Of a DNA stretch of 64,000 nucleotides, positions 38,236-48,197 are shown piece after piece. The notes beneath the pieces were generated by a model, which was not told the DNA's origin, did not search any database, and saw only the letters and a list, made by a program, of their open reading frames with translations. Position 1 is the stretch's first letter, and each line of letters begins with the position of its first letter. This DNA comes from a virus, in IMG/VR virus record IMGVR_UViG_3300044846_003008; one strand, written 5' to 3'. A program made the position numbers and the translations under genes.

Positions 38236-39740
38236 TAACCATAATTTATTCAACAAATAAAGATAAAGAATACAACGATAAGTTTAATGACCACCTAGTA
38301 TTAACATCTGGACTTCAATGGGTACAGGTTTTACCTTATGTAAATCATAACGAATACTCATTATCCGAACTTTATAATAAAGGAATAAAAGAGGCCAAGT
38401 ATGATATTGTAGTTTGTTGTCATAATGATATTAAACTTGAGAAAAATTGGGGTAAAAAACTTTTGGAGGACTTTTCTAATAATCCTGATTACGGGATAAT
38501 TGGAAAGGCCGGTGGGTGTCATTTCCCAAAGTCAGGAATATATTGGGAAAATATGCAACAAATTATGGTGGGTCAAGTTTATCATCACCCTGAAGGTTCT
38601 AATAAGTGGTTAAGTAAATATTCACCTAAATTACCATTTATAGTTCCTGTTGTAACAATTGATGGGTTATTCATATCTTTTGATAAAACAAAGATAAAAC
38701 ATAAATTTGATGAAACTATCGGTAGATTCCATTTCTATGACCATTTATTTTGTATTCCAAATTATTTAGACGGTGTTAAGATTGGTGTTACCACATCATT
38801 CGAAATTACCCATCAATCAGTTGGGAGACCAAATCAGGAGTTTTACGATAGTCGTGATTTGTTCGTTAAAAAATATGGGGATAAATTACCTTTAGATTTA
38901 AAACCAACGGAAATATTTGCACCTACCATAAAAGAAAAACCAATTAAAAATATTGGTAAAATGGCGGTTATTATTCCGACTAAAAGTAAATTGGATTTAT
39001 TATTTGACTGTATTGATTCTTTTCACAAAAATTGTAACTCATCATTATATGATATTTTTGTTGCAGATACAGGGTCGTCAATTGATGAAAAAAATGAGAT
39101 TAAAACGAGATATGAAAATACCAATGTTAATCTCATTGAATTTGATTATTATAATTTCGCTAAGATTAATAACGAAGTGGTTAGGGATTATATTGGTAAT
39201 GAATATGAGTTTTTATTATTCTGTAATAACGATATTAAAATAATGAACAATGTTGTTTATGGGATGTTAAAAACATTTAAAGAAAAACCAAAATCGGGAA
39301 CTATTGGTTGTAGATTACATTTTGGTGATAATACGATACAACACGATGGTGTTATGTTATATACAAAACCAAATAGTCCTGTTCAGGTCAGTCATTATGG
39401 TCTTGGTAATTATTATAACTACACGATTGGTCTCAAATCAGTACCTGGGTCGACAGGTGCTTTGTTAGGTATTAGAAGAAATACGTTTATTAAATCGGGT
39501 TTATTTAATGAGAAATACACCAATTGTTTTGAAGATGTTGAACTAAATTTAAAATTATTAACATTAGGGTTTGAAAATATATTTGACGGGTCATTAGTTG
39601 CTTATCATTACGAAAGTCAAACAAGAAATGAAAACCCTGACAATCTAACAACATTATTAAATGACTATAATTATAATTTATTCCCATTTATTAGTGAGAA
39701 TGTGAGTACTATTAAAAAGTACGTAATCTCAGTTCAATAA
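38232..39740 (+). CDS. Two-domain GT-A (GT2-like) glycosyltransferase
   Basis: YNKGIKEAKYDIVVCCHND...FHFYD, then VIIPT, FCNNDI, TGALL and FEDVELNLK. Confidence 0.85.
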   Translation: MITIIYSTNKDKEYNDKFNDHLVLTSGLQWVQVLPYVNHNEYSLSELYNKGIKEAKYDIVVCCHNDIKLEKNWGKKLLEDFSNNPDYGIIGKAGGCHFPKSGIYWENMQQIMVGQVYHHPEGSNKWLSKYSPKLPFIVPVVTIDGLFISFDKTKIKHKFDETIGRFHFYDHLFCIPNYLDGVKIGVTTSFEITHQSVGRPNQEFYDSRDLFVKKYGDKLPLDLKPTEIFAPTIKEKPIKNIGKMAVIIPTKSKLDLLFDCIDSFHKNCNSSLYDIFVADTGSSIDEKNEIKTRYENTNVNLIEFDYYNFAKINNEVVRDYIGNEYEFLLFCNNDIKIMNNVVYGMLKTFKEKPKSGTIGCRLHFGDNTIQHDGVMLYTKPNSPVQVSHYGLGNYYNYTIGLKSVPGSTGALLGIRRNTFIKSGLFNEKYTNCFEDVELNLKLLTLGFENIFDGSLVAYHYESQTRNENPDNLTTLLNDYNYNLFPFISENVSTIKKYVISVQ

Positions 39741-39804
39741 TTACTTTTGAATAGACTTGACTATTTTTTCATTAAATAGATTTCATATGATGACTATTTA
39801 AACT

Positions 39805-39821
39805 TAGATGATTATCATCTA
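39805..39821. promoter_or_regulatory. 17-bp palindrome upstream of phoH
   Basis: TAGATGAT-T-ATCATCTA, 20 nt before the ATG. Confidence 0.4.
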
Positions 39822-39841
39822 TAAAACTTAAAAAAGATTAA

Positions 39842-40591
39842 ATGGCTAACAGAAAAAAAGTCACACCAAATTCTGAAACTTCGGAGGTTAAACAACCTAT
39901 GAGTCGTAAAGATATCATTGGTCAAATCATTAAACGTAAAACTAAGGAAAAGTTTTTAACTGAAACACAAAAAAAGTATTACGAGACATTGATTAATAAT
40001 GAAATCACCGTATGTTCAGGACCTGCGGGAGTTGGAAAAAGTTACATAACGATGAAGGCTGCGGTTGATTTGTTATCAGACCCAATGACTCCGTATGAAA
40101 AGATTATCATTGTTAGACCGGCCGTTGAGGCTGAGGAAAAATTAGGTTCATTACCCGGTAATATGGAAGAGAAATTGGACCCATATATTTTCCCGTCTTA
40201 TTACTTATTAAATAAAATAGTAGGTAAAGAAGTCCGTGAAAAATTAAAAGAAATTGATGTTATCGAAGTCTTCGCATTGGCGTTTATGAGAGGAATGAAT
40301 ATTGATAATTCAATTTTAATTTTTGAAGAAGGTCAGAACGCAACCCCAAGTCAAATGAAATTGCTATTGACAAGAATAGGTTTCAATAGTAAATTTTTCA
40401 TATCTGGTGATGTTGAACAATCTGACAGATATAAAGACAAGAAACAAAGTGGTTTGTGGGACGCGATTCAAAAATTTAGGGATGATAAAGACGACACGGT
40501 AAAAGTGTTTGAATTCACCAATAAAAAAGATATTGTTCGTAACCCAAAAATCTCAAGAATTCTTGACAAATACGATAACGAATCGAATTAA
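39842..40591 (+). CDS. phoH: PhoH-family ATPase
   Basis: GPAGVGKS, RPAVEAEEKLGSLPG, LAFMRG, EEGQN, LTRIG and GDVEQSD. Confidence 0.95.
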   Translation: MANRKKVTPNSETSEVKQPMSRKDIIGQIIKRKTKEKFLTETQKKYYETLINNEITVCSGPAGVGKSYITMKAAVDLLSDPMTPYEKIIIVRPAVEAEEKLGSLPGNMEEKLDPYIFPSYYLLNKIVGKEVREKLKEIDVIEVFALAFMRGMNIDNSILIFEEGQNATPSQMKLLLTRIGFNSKFFISGDVEQSDRYKDKKQSGLWDAIQKFRDDKDDTVKVFEFTNKKDIVRNPKISRILDKYDNESN

Positions 40592-40593
40592 GA

Positions 40594-41196
40594 ATGAGAA
40601 TAGGAATTGAAGTAAATGGTGTTCTTCGGAACACCATTGGTAAAATTGAACAAACTTACCAAAAATTTTATATTGATAAAACAGAAGGTGTTAATGACGA
40701 AGACTCTTTTGAATATAAAATGAATTTACCCGTCACATCATTAGATTTAAGAAAACATTTTGAGTTTCAATCTGACGAGGAATTATTCACCTTTTTGTAT
40801 GAAGAATTTGCGATGGAGATATTTGGACACTCACAATCGTCAGAATATAGTACATTCAATGACTTACAAGAAATCTATTTAAAATACCGAGATAATAATG
40901 AGTTAGTTATAGTTTCCGACGAAATCGGAAAATCAAAACCATCGACATTATTCTTTCTTTCAAAATTTGTTTGTCAATTAGAAAAAGTAAAATTTTATAG
41001 TAATTTGACAATTAATTCGATGTGGGATGAAATTGATGTTTTACTTACATCAAATCCCGCTTTATTATTAGAGTATCCGACGAATAAAATCGTAGTTAAA
41101 TATGAAACAGAATACAATAAAGATATTGAAACTGAACATACCATCACTACGATTAAAGAGTTTGATGATAAATTACAAGAACTATTAAAATGTTAA
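40594..41196 (+). CDS. HAD / 5'(3')-nucleotidase-like protein with degenerate motif I
   Basis: MRIGIEVNGVLRN corresponds to IxIDxDGVL with both Asp replaced. Confidence 0.55.
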   Translation: MRIGIEVNGVLRNTIGKIEQTYQKFYIDKTEGVNDEDSFEYKMNLPVTSLDLRKHFEFQSDEELFTFLYEEFAMEIFGHSQSSEYSTFNDLQEIYLKYRDNNELVIVSDEIGKSKPSTLFFLSKFVCQLEKVKFYSNLTINSMWDEIDVLLTSNPALLLEYPTNKIVVKYETEYNKDIETEHTITTIKEFDDKLQELLKC

Positions 41197-41456
41197 AAGT
41201 ATTAAATGAACATTATTATCTTGATATTGACGAAATGGAGTCTTATATCAACATTAAACAACCAATAGATACGGTTAGTGGAGAAACACACATTAGTGTG
41301 GTTAAATATGAAATGGTTAAAACTATGGTTGAAATCATTATGACTGAGAGTGAAGAAGTTGACGAAACATTAGGGGGGAAAAGTTCTGAACTTTCAATAC
41401 CATTTAAATTGGCATTTAATACGTTATTAAATAAAAAAATTCTAAATAAATACTAA
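41190..41456 (+). CDS. Hypothetical protein
   Basis: 88-aa ORF coupled on both sides. Confidence 0.7.
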   Translation: MLKVLNEHYYLDIDEMESYINIKQPIDTVSGETHISVVKYEMVKTMVEIIMTESEEVDETLGGKSSELSIPFKLAFNTLLNKKILNKY

Positions 41457-41457
41457 T

Positions 41458-42519
41458 ATGAATCAAGAACAAATCACAAAAATTGAAAACTCGGTTGAGA
41501 ATTTAAAAACCAAATCATCAAGAATCTATTTAGTTGTTCAGGACACTAAAGGAAACCCTAAAGCATCAATTGCTTACATTTACAAATTAGGTTTAACGTT
41601 AAAAAACAATGGTTTTAACCCAATTATGTTACACGAAAAACCTGATTATACGGGAGTATCTTCTTGGTTAGGTGATGACTATAATGATTTACCTCATCAA
41701 GCGATTGAAGGTCAAAATTTACAAGTAACTCCTGACGATTTTATCGTAATTCCTGAATTATTTGCCTTTATTATGAGTCAAATCACACAATTAACTTGTG
41801 GTAAAATTGTTTTATGTCAAGCGTACGACAATATGTTGGAAACATTAAATGCTGGTGAGACTTGGGCACAATTCGGTTTCTACAAATGTATTACAACATC
41901 TGAGGAACAAAAAGAACAAATCCAACAAATTATGAAGAATGTCTCTTTTGACATTTTACCTCCTGTTATTTCGGATAATTTCACACCAAGTAAATTACCT
42001 GCAAAGACTATCGTTTCAATACACTCAAGAGACCAAAGAGATACTATTAATTTAGTGAAAGCATTTTATTTAAAATATCCACAATATAGATGGGTTACTT
42101 TAAGTGATATGAGAGGTTTAAGTGAAATTGAATTCGCAACTAAACTAAGAGAAAGTTTTGTATCAGTATGGATTGACGAAGCGAGTGGTTATGGAACATT
42201 CCCATTGGAATCAATGAAATCTAACGTCCCTGTCATCGGATTAGTACCAAATTTACTACCTAGTTGGATTAACGAGGATAATGGTATTTGGGTTAATAAT
42301 AAAACACAAATTGTTGATGTATTAGCTGACCATTTACAAAATTGGTTGGAGGACAATATCAGTGAAGAATTTCACGGGAAAATGAAAACTACCGTTGAAT
42401 CATTACCAACTGAAGAAGATTTTAATAAACAAGCGGTTTCTTTATTTGAAGATTATTTCTCAACTAGACAAAAATCATTTGAAGACCAACTATCTAAACT
42501 ACAAACAATAGAAGAATAA
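41458..42519 (+). CDS. GT-B glycosyltransferase-like protein
   Basis: DFIVIPE and WIDEASGYGTFPLESMKSNVPVIG (GT4-type E-x7-E region, first Glu diverged). Confidence 0.7.
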   Translation: MNQEQITKIENSVENLKTKSSRIYLVVQDTKGNPKASIAYIYKLGLTLKNNGFNPIMLHEKPDYTGVSSWLGDDYNDLPHQAIEGQNLQVTPDDFIVIPELFAFIMSQITQLTCGKIVLCQAYDNMLETLNAGETWAQFGFYKCITTSEEQKEQIQQIMKNVSFDILPPVISDNFTPSKLPAKTIVSIHSRDQRDTINLVKAFYLKYPQYRWVTLSDMRGLSEIEFATKLRESFVSVWIDEASGYGTFPLESMKSNVPVIGLVPNLLPSWINEDNGIWVNNKTQIVDVLADHLQNWLEDNISEEFHGKMKTTVESLPTEEDFNKQAVSLFEDYFSTRQKSFEDQLSKLQTIEE

Positions 42520-42520
42520 T

Positions 42521-43324
42521 ATGGAAAAATTTGACGTATCAGTAATATTACCAATTAAATCATCAAAAACATTAAACTTTGATGAGTATTTTGGGAAAGC
42601 AATTGAATCACTTAAAACACAAAAATTATCAATTAACGAATTAGTTATTGTTCATACTAATGAAACATCTTTAACTGAATTTTTAGATACTTTTGATTTT
42701 GGTGATTTAAAAGTTCGAAAATTTGAGTGGACTAAAACACCAAATTACGCAGAACAAATTAATCTTGGTGTTAGAGAATCTAATTCCAAATGGGTATCTT
42801 TGTTTGAATTTGATGATGAGTATTCAAATATTTGGTTTAAAAATGTTGATTTATATAGTAAATCATATGAAGATGTTGACGCATTTTTACCAATAGTTGT
42901 TGACACAACTGACAATGGTATTTTTGCAGGATTTACAAATGAGGCGACATTTGCGGCTAACTTTAGTCAGGAAATGGGTGTTTTAAGTAATGAAACATTA
43001 CAACAATACCAAAATTTCCAATCATCAGGTATGGTTATTAAAAAAGATAAATTCATTGATTATGGTTTAATTAAACCATCATTTAAGTTAACATTTGGTT
43101 ATGAATTTTTCTTGAGAATGACACATAACTCAGTTAAAATTATGTCAATTCCAAGAATTGGTTACAAACACGTTAATTTACGTGAAGGTTCTATCTTCTG
43201 GAATTACAAAAAAGGTGATAATGTATTGACTGATGATGAAGTAAGATTTTGGGTTGAGTCGGCTAAAAAAGAGTATTTCTTTATTAATGACAGAGCCATA
43301 AAGTTTGAACCTCAAGAAGTTTAA
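42521..43324 (+). CDS. GT-A (GT2-like) glycosyltransferase
   Basis: VSVILPI, QINLGV, WVSLFEFDD and YEFFLR. Confidence 0.72.
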   Translation: MEKFDVSVILPIKSSKTLNFDEYFGKAIESLKTQKLSINELVIVHTNETSLTEFLDTFDFGDLKVRKFEWTKTPNYAEQINLGVRESNSKWVSLFEFDDEYSNIWFKNVDLYSKSYEDVDAFLPIVVDTTDNGIFAGFTNEATFAANFSQEMGVLSNETLQQYQNFQSSGMVIKKDKFIDYGLIKPSFKLTFGYEFFLRMTHNSVKIMSIPRIGYKHVNLREGSIFWNYKKGDNVLTDDEVRFWVESAKKEYFFINDRAIKFEPQEV

Positions 43325-44070
43325 TGGATAATAACAATGTAACTAATGAAACAAGTACGGAGTTAAAAAAGAAAGGTAGAAAACCAACACAAGAAAATTA
43401 TTTTGATATTCGTGAAGAGTTAGCGGTTGTAGATTATTTAACCGCTACCACTTCCGAAGAAAAAAATAAAATATACAACGAATTTTTACGTAAACCTTTA
43501 GATAAGATGATATCTTCAATTATTCGAAGATATAAATTATACCGAAAAGATATGGACTTTTACGAAATCCATATAGACACTCACTCCTTTTTGATGACCA
43601 AAATTGACAAGTTTAAACCTGCTAAAGAAAAGAAGGCTTATTCTTATTTTGGAACTATCTGTAAAAATTATTTAATGGGTCAAATCATTAAAGACCAAAA
43701 AGAAACTAATCGAAAAATTTCGTATGAGGATATTTCATATGACATTGAAAACAATGACGATTATTCTTATAGTATTGAAAATGATGGTATCGAAGCCCCT
43801 GTTGTAATAGCCAATTTTTTACTTGAACTTGACGAATTTCTTAAAAATGAAAATTTAAGTGAAAACGAAGTTAAATTAGGTCAAGCATTATATGAGTTAT
43901 TCGAAAATTATCAAAGTATTTTCATTGGTAATGATAATAATAAATTTAATAAGAACATAGTTTTATTGTCACTTAGGGAAATGACTAATTTATCGACCAA
44001 AGAAATACGAAGTTCAATGAAGAAGTACAAAACTATGTATTTCACATTGATACAGAAAATGGTTAAGTAA
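43324..44070 (+). CDS. Phage sigma factor (T4 gp55-like late sigma)
   Basis: Sigma region 2-like KIDKFKPAKEKKAYSYFGTICKNYL and N-terminal NYF. Confidence 0.7.
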   Translation: MDNNNVTNETSTELKKKGRKPTQENYFDIREELAVVDYLTATTSEEKNKIYNEFLRKPLDKMISSIIRRYKLYRKDMDFYEIHIDTHSFLMTKIDKFKPAKEKKAYSYFGTICKNYLMGQIIKDQKETNRKISYEDISYDIENNDDYSYSIENDGIEAPVVIANFLLELDEFLKNENLSENEVKLGQALYELFENYQSIFIGNDNNKFNKNIVLLSLREMTNLSTKEIRSSMKKYKTMYFTLIQKMVK

Positions 44071-44084
44071 ATATTTATGTTATT

Positions 44085-44465
44085 ATGGGAAGACCAGCAA
44101 AAAAAGAAATTGCGTTAACACAGGATTCAATTCTATCGTTAATGCAGGAAATCTACAATGAACTTGTGGAACAAAGAAATACCGCAATCAGGATTCAAAA
44201 CAAAATGTTGACTATGATGAAGGAACCTGAAGATATGACATTAATAGGTCCTGTTATCGAAAAACAACAAAAAATCATCAATGATTGTGTTGAGAAAAAA
44301 TTATCATTATCAAAATTACAATCAAGTATTTGGGAGAAAGCAAATTTAAATACTAACACCGGTGGTAATTTCACTATTTCTGATATTGATATGGATGATG
44401 ATATTATCAAAAGTTTATTAAATAAAGATACTGACACATCTAATGGGTCATATAAAATGAAATAA
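44085..44465 (+). CDS. Hypothetical coiled-coil protein
   Basis: 126 aa; TATTTAT 6 nt upstream. Confidence 0.7.
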   Translation: MGRPAKKEIALTQDSILSLMQEIYNELVEQRNTAIRIQNKMLTMMKEPEDMTLIGPVIEKQQKIINDCVEKKLSLSKLQSSIWEKANLNTNTGGNFTISDIDMDDDIIKSLLNKDTDTSNGSYKMK

Positions 44466-44469
44466 TGTA

Positions 44470-46371
44470 ATGGGGGATAATAGTTCAGGATATAAAAACG
44501 TTCAGAGTAAGATTAATGCTACGAAGACTTATACTAACGCAAAGGGTAAGTATGATAATTTGAAAAAAGAGGCCGGGTCAACTTTTGACCAAAAAAAATC
44601 TGACGTTACCCAAACTTTAGATAAACTGAAAGGGCAATCTAAAAGTTATCAACGAGAATTAAAAAACCAATTTGAAGAACTATTAGATATTAAATCAATT
44701 CTTGGTGGTAAAGGGGGTAACTCCGTTGCTTATATCAAGAAAATAATGACTAAGGTTCTAAAAAACATTGAACCAATTTTAGCGGAATTAATTGCGTCAG
44801 AAGCTTTAACAGCGGTTGGTTGTGACCAATCACAAACATTTAACCAACAATCATTGTATGTTAAAGTTAAATCGGTTGATTTAGGTAATTTATTAAAGAA
44901 AGACCCAAGTAGTTCTATTGGGAAATTATTATATGAAAAAAGAGCTTTAACTATTCAGTCGACACCATTCTCGATGAATAAAGAATTGTATCAAAGAATT
45001 CAAAGTGGTAATGATTATTTAGGTGATAATGGTCAGTTATATAATGGACGTTCAGGACAACCGTTATTCAACCTTAGATATGTGGAAACCGATAACTTTG
45101 GACAAACAGGTCCGTGGTTTAAAGTGGATTTACAAAATCGTGTTGGTGGGGTTAATAATGTTAAAGAATTTATGGTTGATTATTTTAAGACAATTAAAAT
45201 AGTTGATTTTCACAATATTATTTCTTGGATTATTGAGGCAATCACGGGAGCCATATCTATCAAAGGTGATTTTGGTATTAATCAAGTTGAAGATTCAAGT
45301 AAAGCGATGATGATTATTCAGAGAATACTTGGATTATGTTTTGATAACCGAAAACAAATTGATGTGAGTGGAATTTCTAAATTGTCAGAATATGATGACA
45401 TTGACGATTCATTCTATGAATTTACCGACATTGATTTAAGAAAAATACAAGACCGAGTTAATAACATTAAAAATGGTGTTATCCAGTTTGAAACCTGTGA
45501 TATGGTTAATTTACCATTAAATGCTCAAGCAATTACTGATACTTTAAATGAAATGTTATTTGTTGAAGGTACAAAAGAGGAGGATATATCTAATAACATT
45601 TCTAAATTAATTGCTAGTGACCCAAATTGGGGTGGATTGGCGCTTAATGGTAGTCTTGAGGCGGAAATTGATTTAAATTTTTTAAAGGGTATTGTTAAAG
45701 GATTGGCTTTCGCGTTATTATCACCAAAAATATTATTACCAATATTCATAATGTTAAAGGCGATTGGTCAAAGCGTTGGTGATGCAATAAATTCATTTTA
45801 TGATTTTATCAAAAGATTTAAAACATTTTTTAAAAATATAATATCAAAAATAGGTGCGATTTTCGTTAAAGAATTATTTAAACTAATTAAAATTGACATT
45901 AAAAATTTAATACAAAATGTTATTATTGATTTAGCGAAAGAAAAAGCCAATAAAAAAATAATAATGATTCTTAAATTAGTTCAGTTATTAATTACTGTTG
46001 CGGAATTTATTCGAGATTGGCGGGAATGTAAAAGTGTTATTGATGAACTACTTTGGTTACTTAAAATTGCCACATCAGGATGGGGTGGTGAGATATCATT
46101 ACCATTATTGTTTGCATCACAATTACTTGATGGGTATTCGGCAACAAGAGCCTTTATGGGGACTATTGAGGAACTTCAAAAAATTGGGGTCCCAACGGGG
46201 GATATGCCGGATGGTAGTCCAAATTTATCGGTATTAAGTACATTTTCACAAATGAAAGCACAATCTAATGAACAGGCCGAAAATGGTAAAATTCAAGTGG
46301 CAATTCCACCATTAACTATGACACCAGCGGGTTTAACAGTTCCTGCGAGTGGTTTCGGTAAATCAATATAA
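44470..46371 (+). CDS. Hypothetical protein, probably baseplate/tail associated
   Basis: 633-aa ORF in an operon with the gp5-like gene; helical, hydrophobic C-terminal half. Confidence 0.6.
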   Translation: MGDNSSGYKNVQSKINATKTYTNAKGKYDNLKKEAGSTFDQKKSDVTQTLDKLKGQSKSYQRELKNQFEELLDIKSILGGKGGNSVAYIKKIMTKVLKNIEPILAELIASEALTAVGCDQSQTFNQQSLYVKVKSVDLGNLLKKDPSSSIGKLLYEKRALTIQSTPFSMNKELYQRIQSGNDYLGDNGQLYNGRSGQPLFNLRYVETDNFGQTGPWFKVDLQNRVGGVNNVKEFMVDYFKTIKIVDFHNIISWIIEAITGAISIKGDFGINQVEDSSKAMMIIQRILGLCFDNRKQIDVSGISKLSEYDDIDDSFYEFTDIDLRKIQDRVNNIKNGVIQFETCDMVNLPLNAQAITDTLNEMLFVEGTKEEDISNNISKLIASDPNWGGLALNGSLEAEIDLNFLKGIVKGLAFALLSPKILLPIFIMLKAIGQSVGDAINSFYDFIKRFKTFFKNIISKIGAIFVKELFKLIKIDIKNLIQNVIIDLAKEKANKKIIMILKLVQLLITVAEFIRDWRECKSVIDELLWLLKIATSGWGGEISLPLLFASQLLDGYSATRAFMGTIEELQKIGVPTGDMPDGSPNLSVLSTFSQMKAQSNEQAENGKIQVAIPPLTMTPAGLTVPASGFGKSI

Positions 46372-46372
46372 T

Positions 46373-46603
46373 ATGACAAAAGAAGAGTTAACAAAAAAAA
46401 CGATGGCGGTGATTGAAGACCCAAAATCAAGTTCAAATGGTGATTTAATTATGGCGATGGATGTTATTCAAAAAGACTTTGATTCTGTAAAAGATACTTT
46501 AATAAAAATGACTCACCATTTAGATAGTTTAGAAAACACTTATAATGTAGTATTAAAAGAATATAATACAAGAACTAATGGCGGAAAATCAATTAATAAA
46601 TAA
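46373..46603 (+). CDS. Small coiled-coil hypothetical protein
   Basis: ATG 1 nt after the upstream stop (MTKEEL...), preferred over the track GTG start at 46349. Confidence 0.65.
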   Translation: MTKEELTKKTMAVIEDPKSSSNGDLIMAMDVIQKDFDSVKDTLIKMTHHLDSLENTYNVVLKEYNTRTNGGKSINK

Positions 46604-48176
46604 TCAAATAATCTTCCCCGGTGAAGTTTATGATGATAACGACCCAATGATGTTGGGACGTATTCGAGTGATTCCTGAAACTAAGAATTATGAGGATATT
46701 ATCAAAAGTATACCTGATTGGAATGAATTAAAAGACCCTTGGACTTCTAAAGACCCAATTTTGTTTTTACCGTTATTACCATTTTTTATTAAGATGGTTC
46801 CAATTAAAGGGGAATATGTTCACATTATTTATTCTAACAAAGACTTCCCATTCCAAAACCAATTCTACGTTCAAGGTCCGTTTTCATCACCGATGACAAC
46901 GCCTTTCGAATATTATCAAGGGGCTAAAAAATTCTTAGCGAGTGGTGATAGAATTAAGGATAGTATTTCGATATTAAATGACGATAAAACTTATAAGAAA
47001 AAAGAAAGTAAGGGTGTGTTTCCTGAAGCCAAAGATAATGCGATTTTAGGTCGAGGGAGTGCTGATATTATCATTAAAGAAGAAGAATTATTATTACGTG
47101 CGGGTAAAACAAATAGATTAACTAAAACACAATTACCTATTGCTAACACAACGAGAGCCTTTTTACAATTAAGTAAATTTACTCAGAAAAAAGAAGAGTT
47201 AGACCCTGAAATACAAATTAGAACAAAAAAAGAAGTTAAAGTTGTTCAAAAAATGGTGGTGTGGGATATTTCAAATTTAGAGAACCAACAAAACGCCTTT
47301 ACAGGTTCTGTCGGATTATACACCGTTAAACCAAATGAAAAAACGAATAGTTCTAATTTTAAGGTACACACAATCACTCAATTGAGTAACGGAACAGATT
47401 ATAGTGGTCCGTTAGAGTTAGTTAATTTTAGGGGGGTTACATTCGAAGATGCGGTTAATACTATTAATGATTTTATTGTTGGGGTATTTAATCAATTTAG
47501 AGATTCTAAATTTCCTGTCAATAACAAACTTAATGCGTCACCTGATAAGACATTCCCTTTTGTTGTGTCACCATCAAAATTGACTTACGAAAAAGGGGTG
47601 AAATTTGATTCAACACCAAGTGGTGATGATATTATTGAAATGGCGAATTATGGTAGATTTTATGCTAAAATAAAACCAACAGGTTCGGCTAGTGTTAAAA
47701 GAGGTTTCTTTTTAGTTTGGGATAATGAAAATGGTAATTTTAAAATCGGTTCACCTCTTAAACCAATTATTGAAGAAGTTAATAATTTTATCTTTAGACC
47801 GAATGAACCTGTCACATACGCTACTTTAGGTGCTCAAAAATTATATCTAATTTCTCACGATTCTGAAGGCCCTAATGGTAAAATTTCATTAGCCGATACA
47901 TTATATGGTATTCCCCAAGATATGTTTGTTGGTGGGTTTGGTAAAGCCGGAAGTAAAGATAGTATTCAAGCCAAAACATATCCTATGGTTAGGGGTGATA
48001 AGTTGATTGAATTGATGAGAAAGATAGTTGATTTCTTGGGAGGTCACGTACACGCAATCTCAACAATCCCACCTGTCCCAATTGCTTCAGGTAGTGGACA
48101 ATCGTTGGTTGAGATTAATTCTTTATTGGCAGATGCAGAAAATACAATTCTTAATGAAAATATTAGATTGAATTGA
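46578..48176 (+). CDS. Baseplate hub / spike protein (gp5/VgrG OB-fold-like)
   Basis: [17 protein letters not shown]...[10 protein letters not shown]-terminal OB motif; C-terminal RGDKL...HVH spike-tip motif. Confidence 0.72.
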   Translation: MAENQLINNQIIFPGEVYDDNDPMMLGRIRVIPETKNYEDIIKSIPDWNELKDPWTSKDPILFLPLLPFFIKMVPIKGEYVHIIYSNKDFPFQNQFYVQGPFSSPMTTPFEYYQGAKKFLASGDRIKDSISILNDDKTYKKKESKGVFPEAKDNAILGRGSADIIIKEEELLLRAGKTNRLTKTQLPIANTTRAFLQLSKFTQKKEELDPEIQIRTKKEVKVVQKMVVWDISNLENQQNAFTGSVGLYTVKPNEKTNSSNFKVHTITQLSNGTDYSGPLELVNFRGVTFEDAVNTINDFIVGVFNQFRDSKFPVNNKLNASPDKTFPFVVSPSKLTYEKGVKFDSTPSGDDIIEMANYGRFYAKIKPTGSASVKRGFFLVWDNENGNFKIGSPLKPIIEEVNNFIFRPNEPVTYATLGAQKLYLISHDSEGPNGKISLADTLYGIPQDMFVGGFGKAGSKDSIQAKTYPMVRGDKLIELMRKIVDFLGGHVHAISTIPPVPIASGSGQSLVEINSLLADAENTILNENIRLN

Positions 48177-48197
48177 TATTTATATGTAAAACATTAA

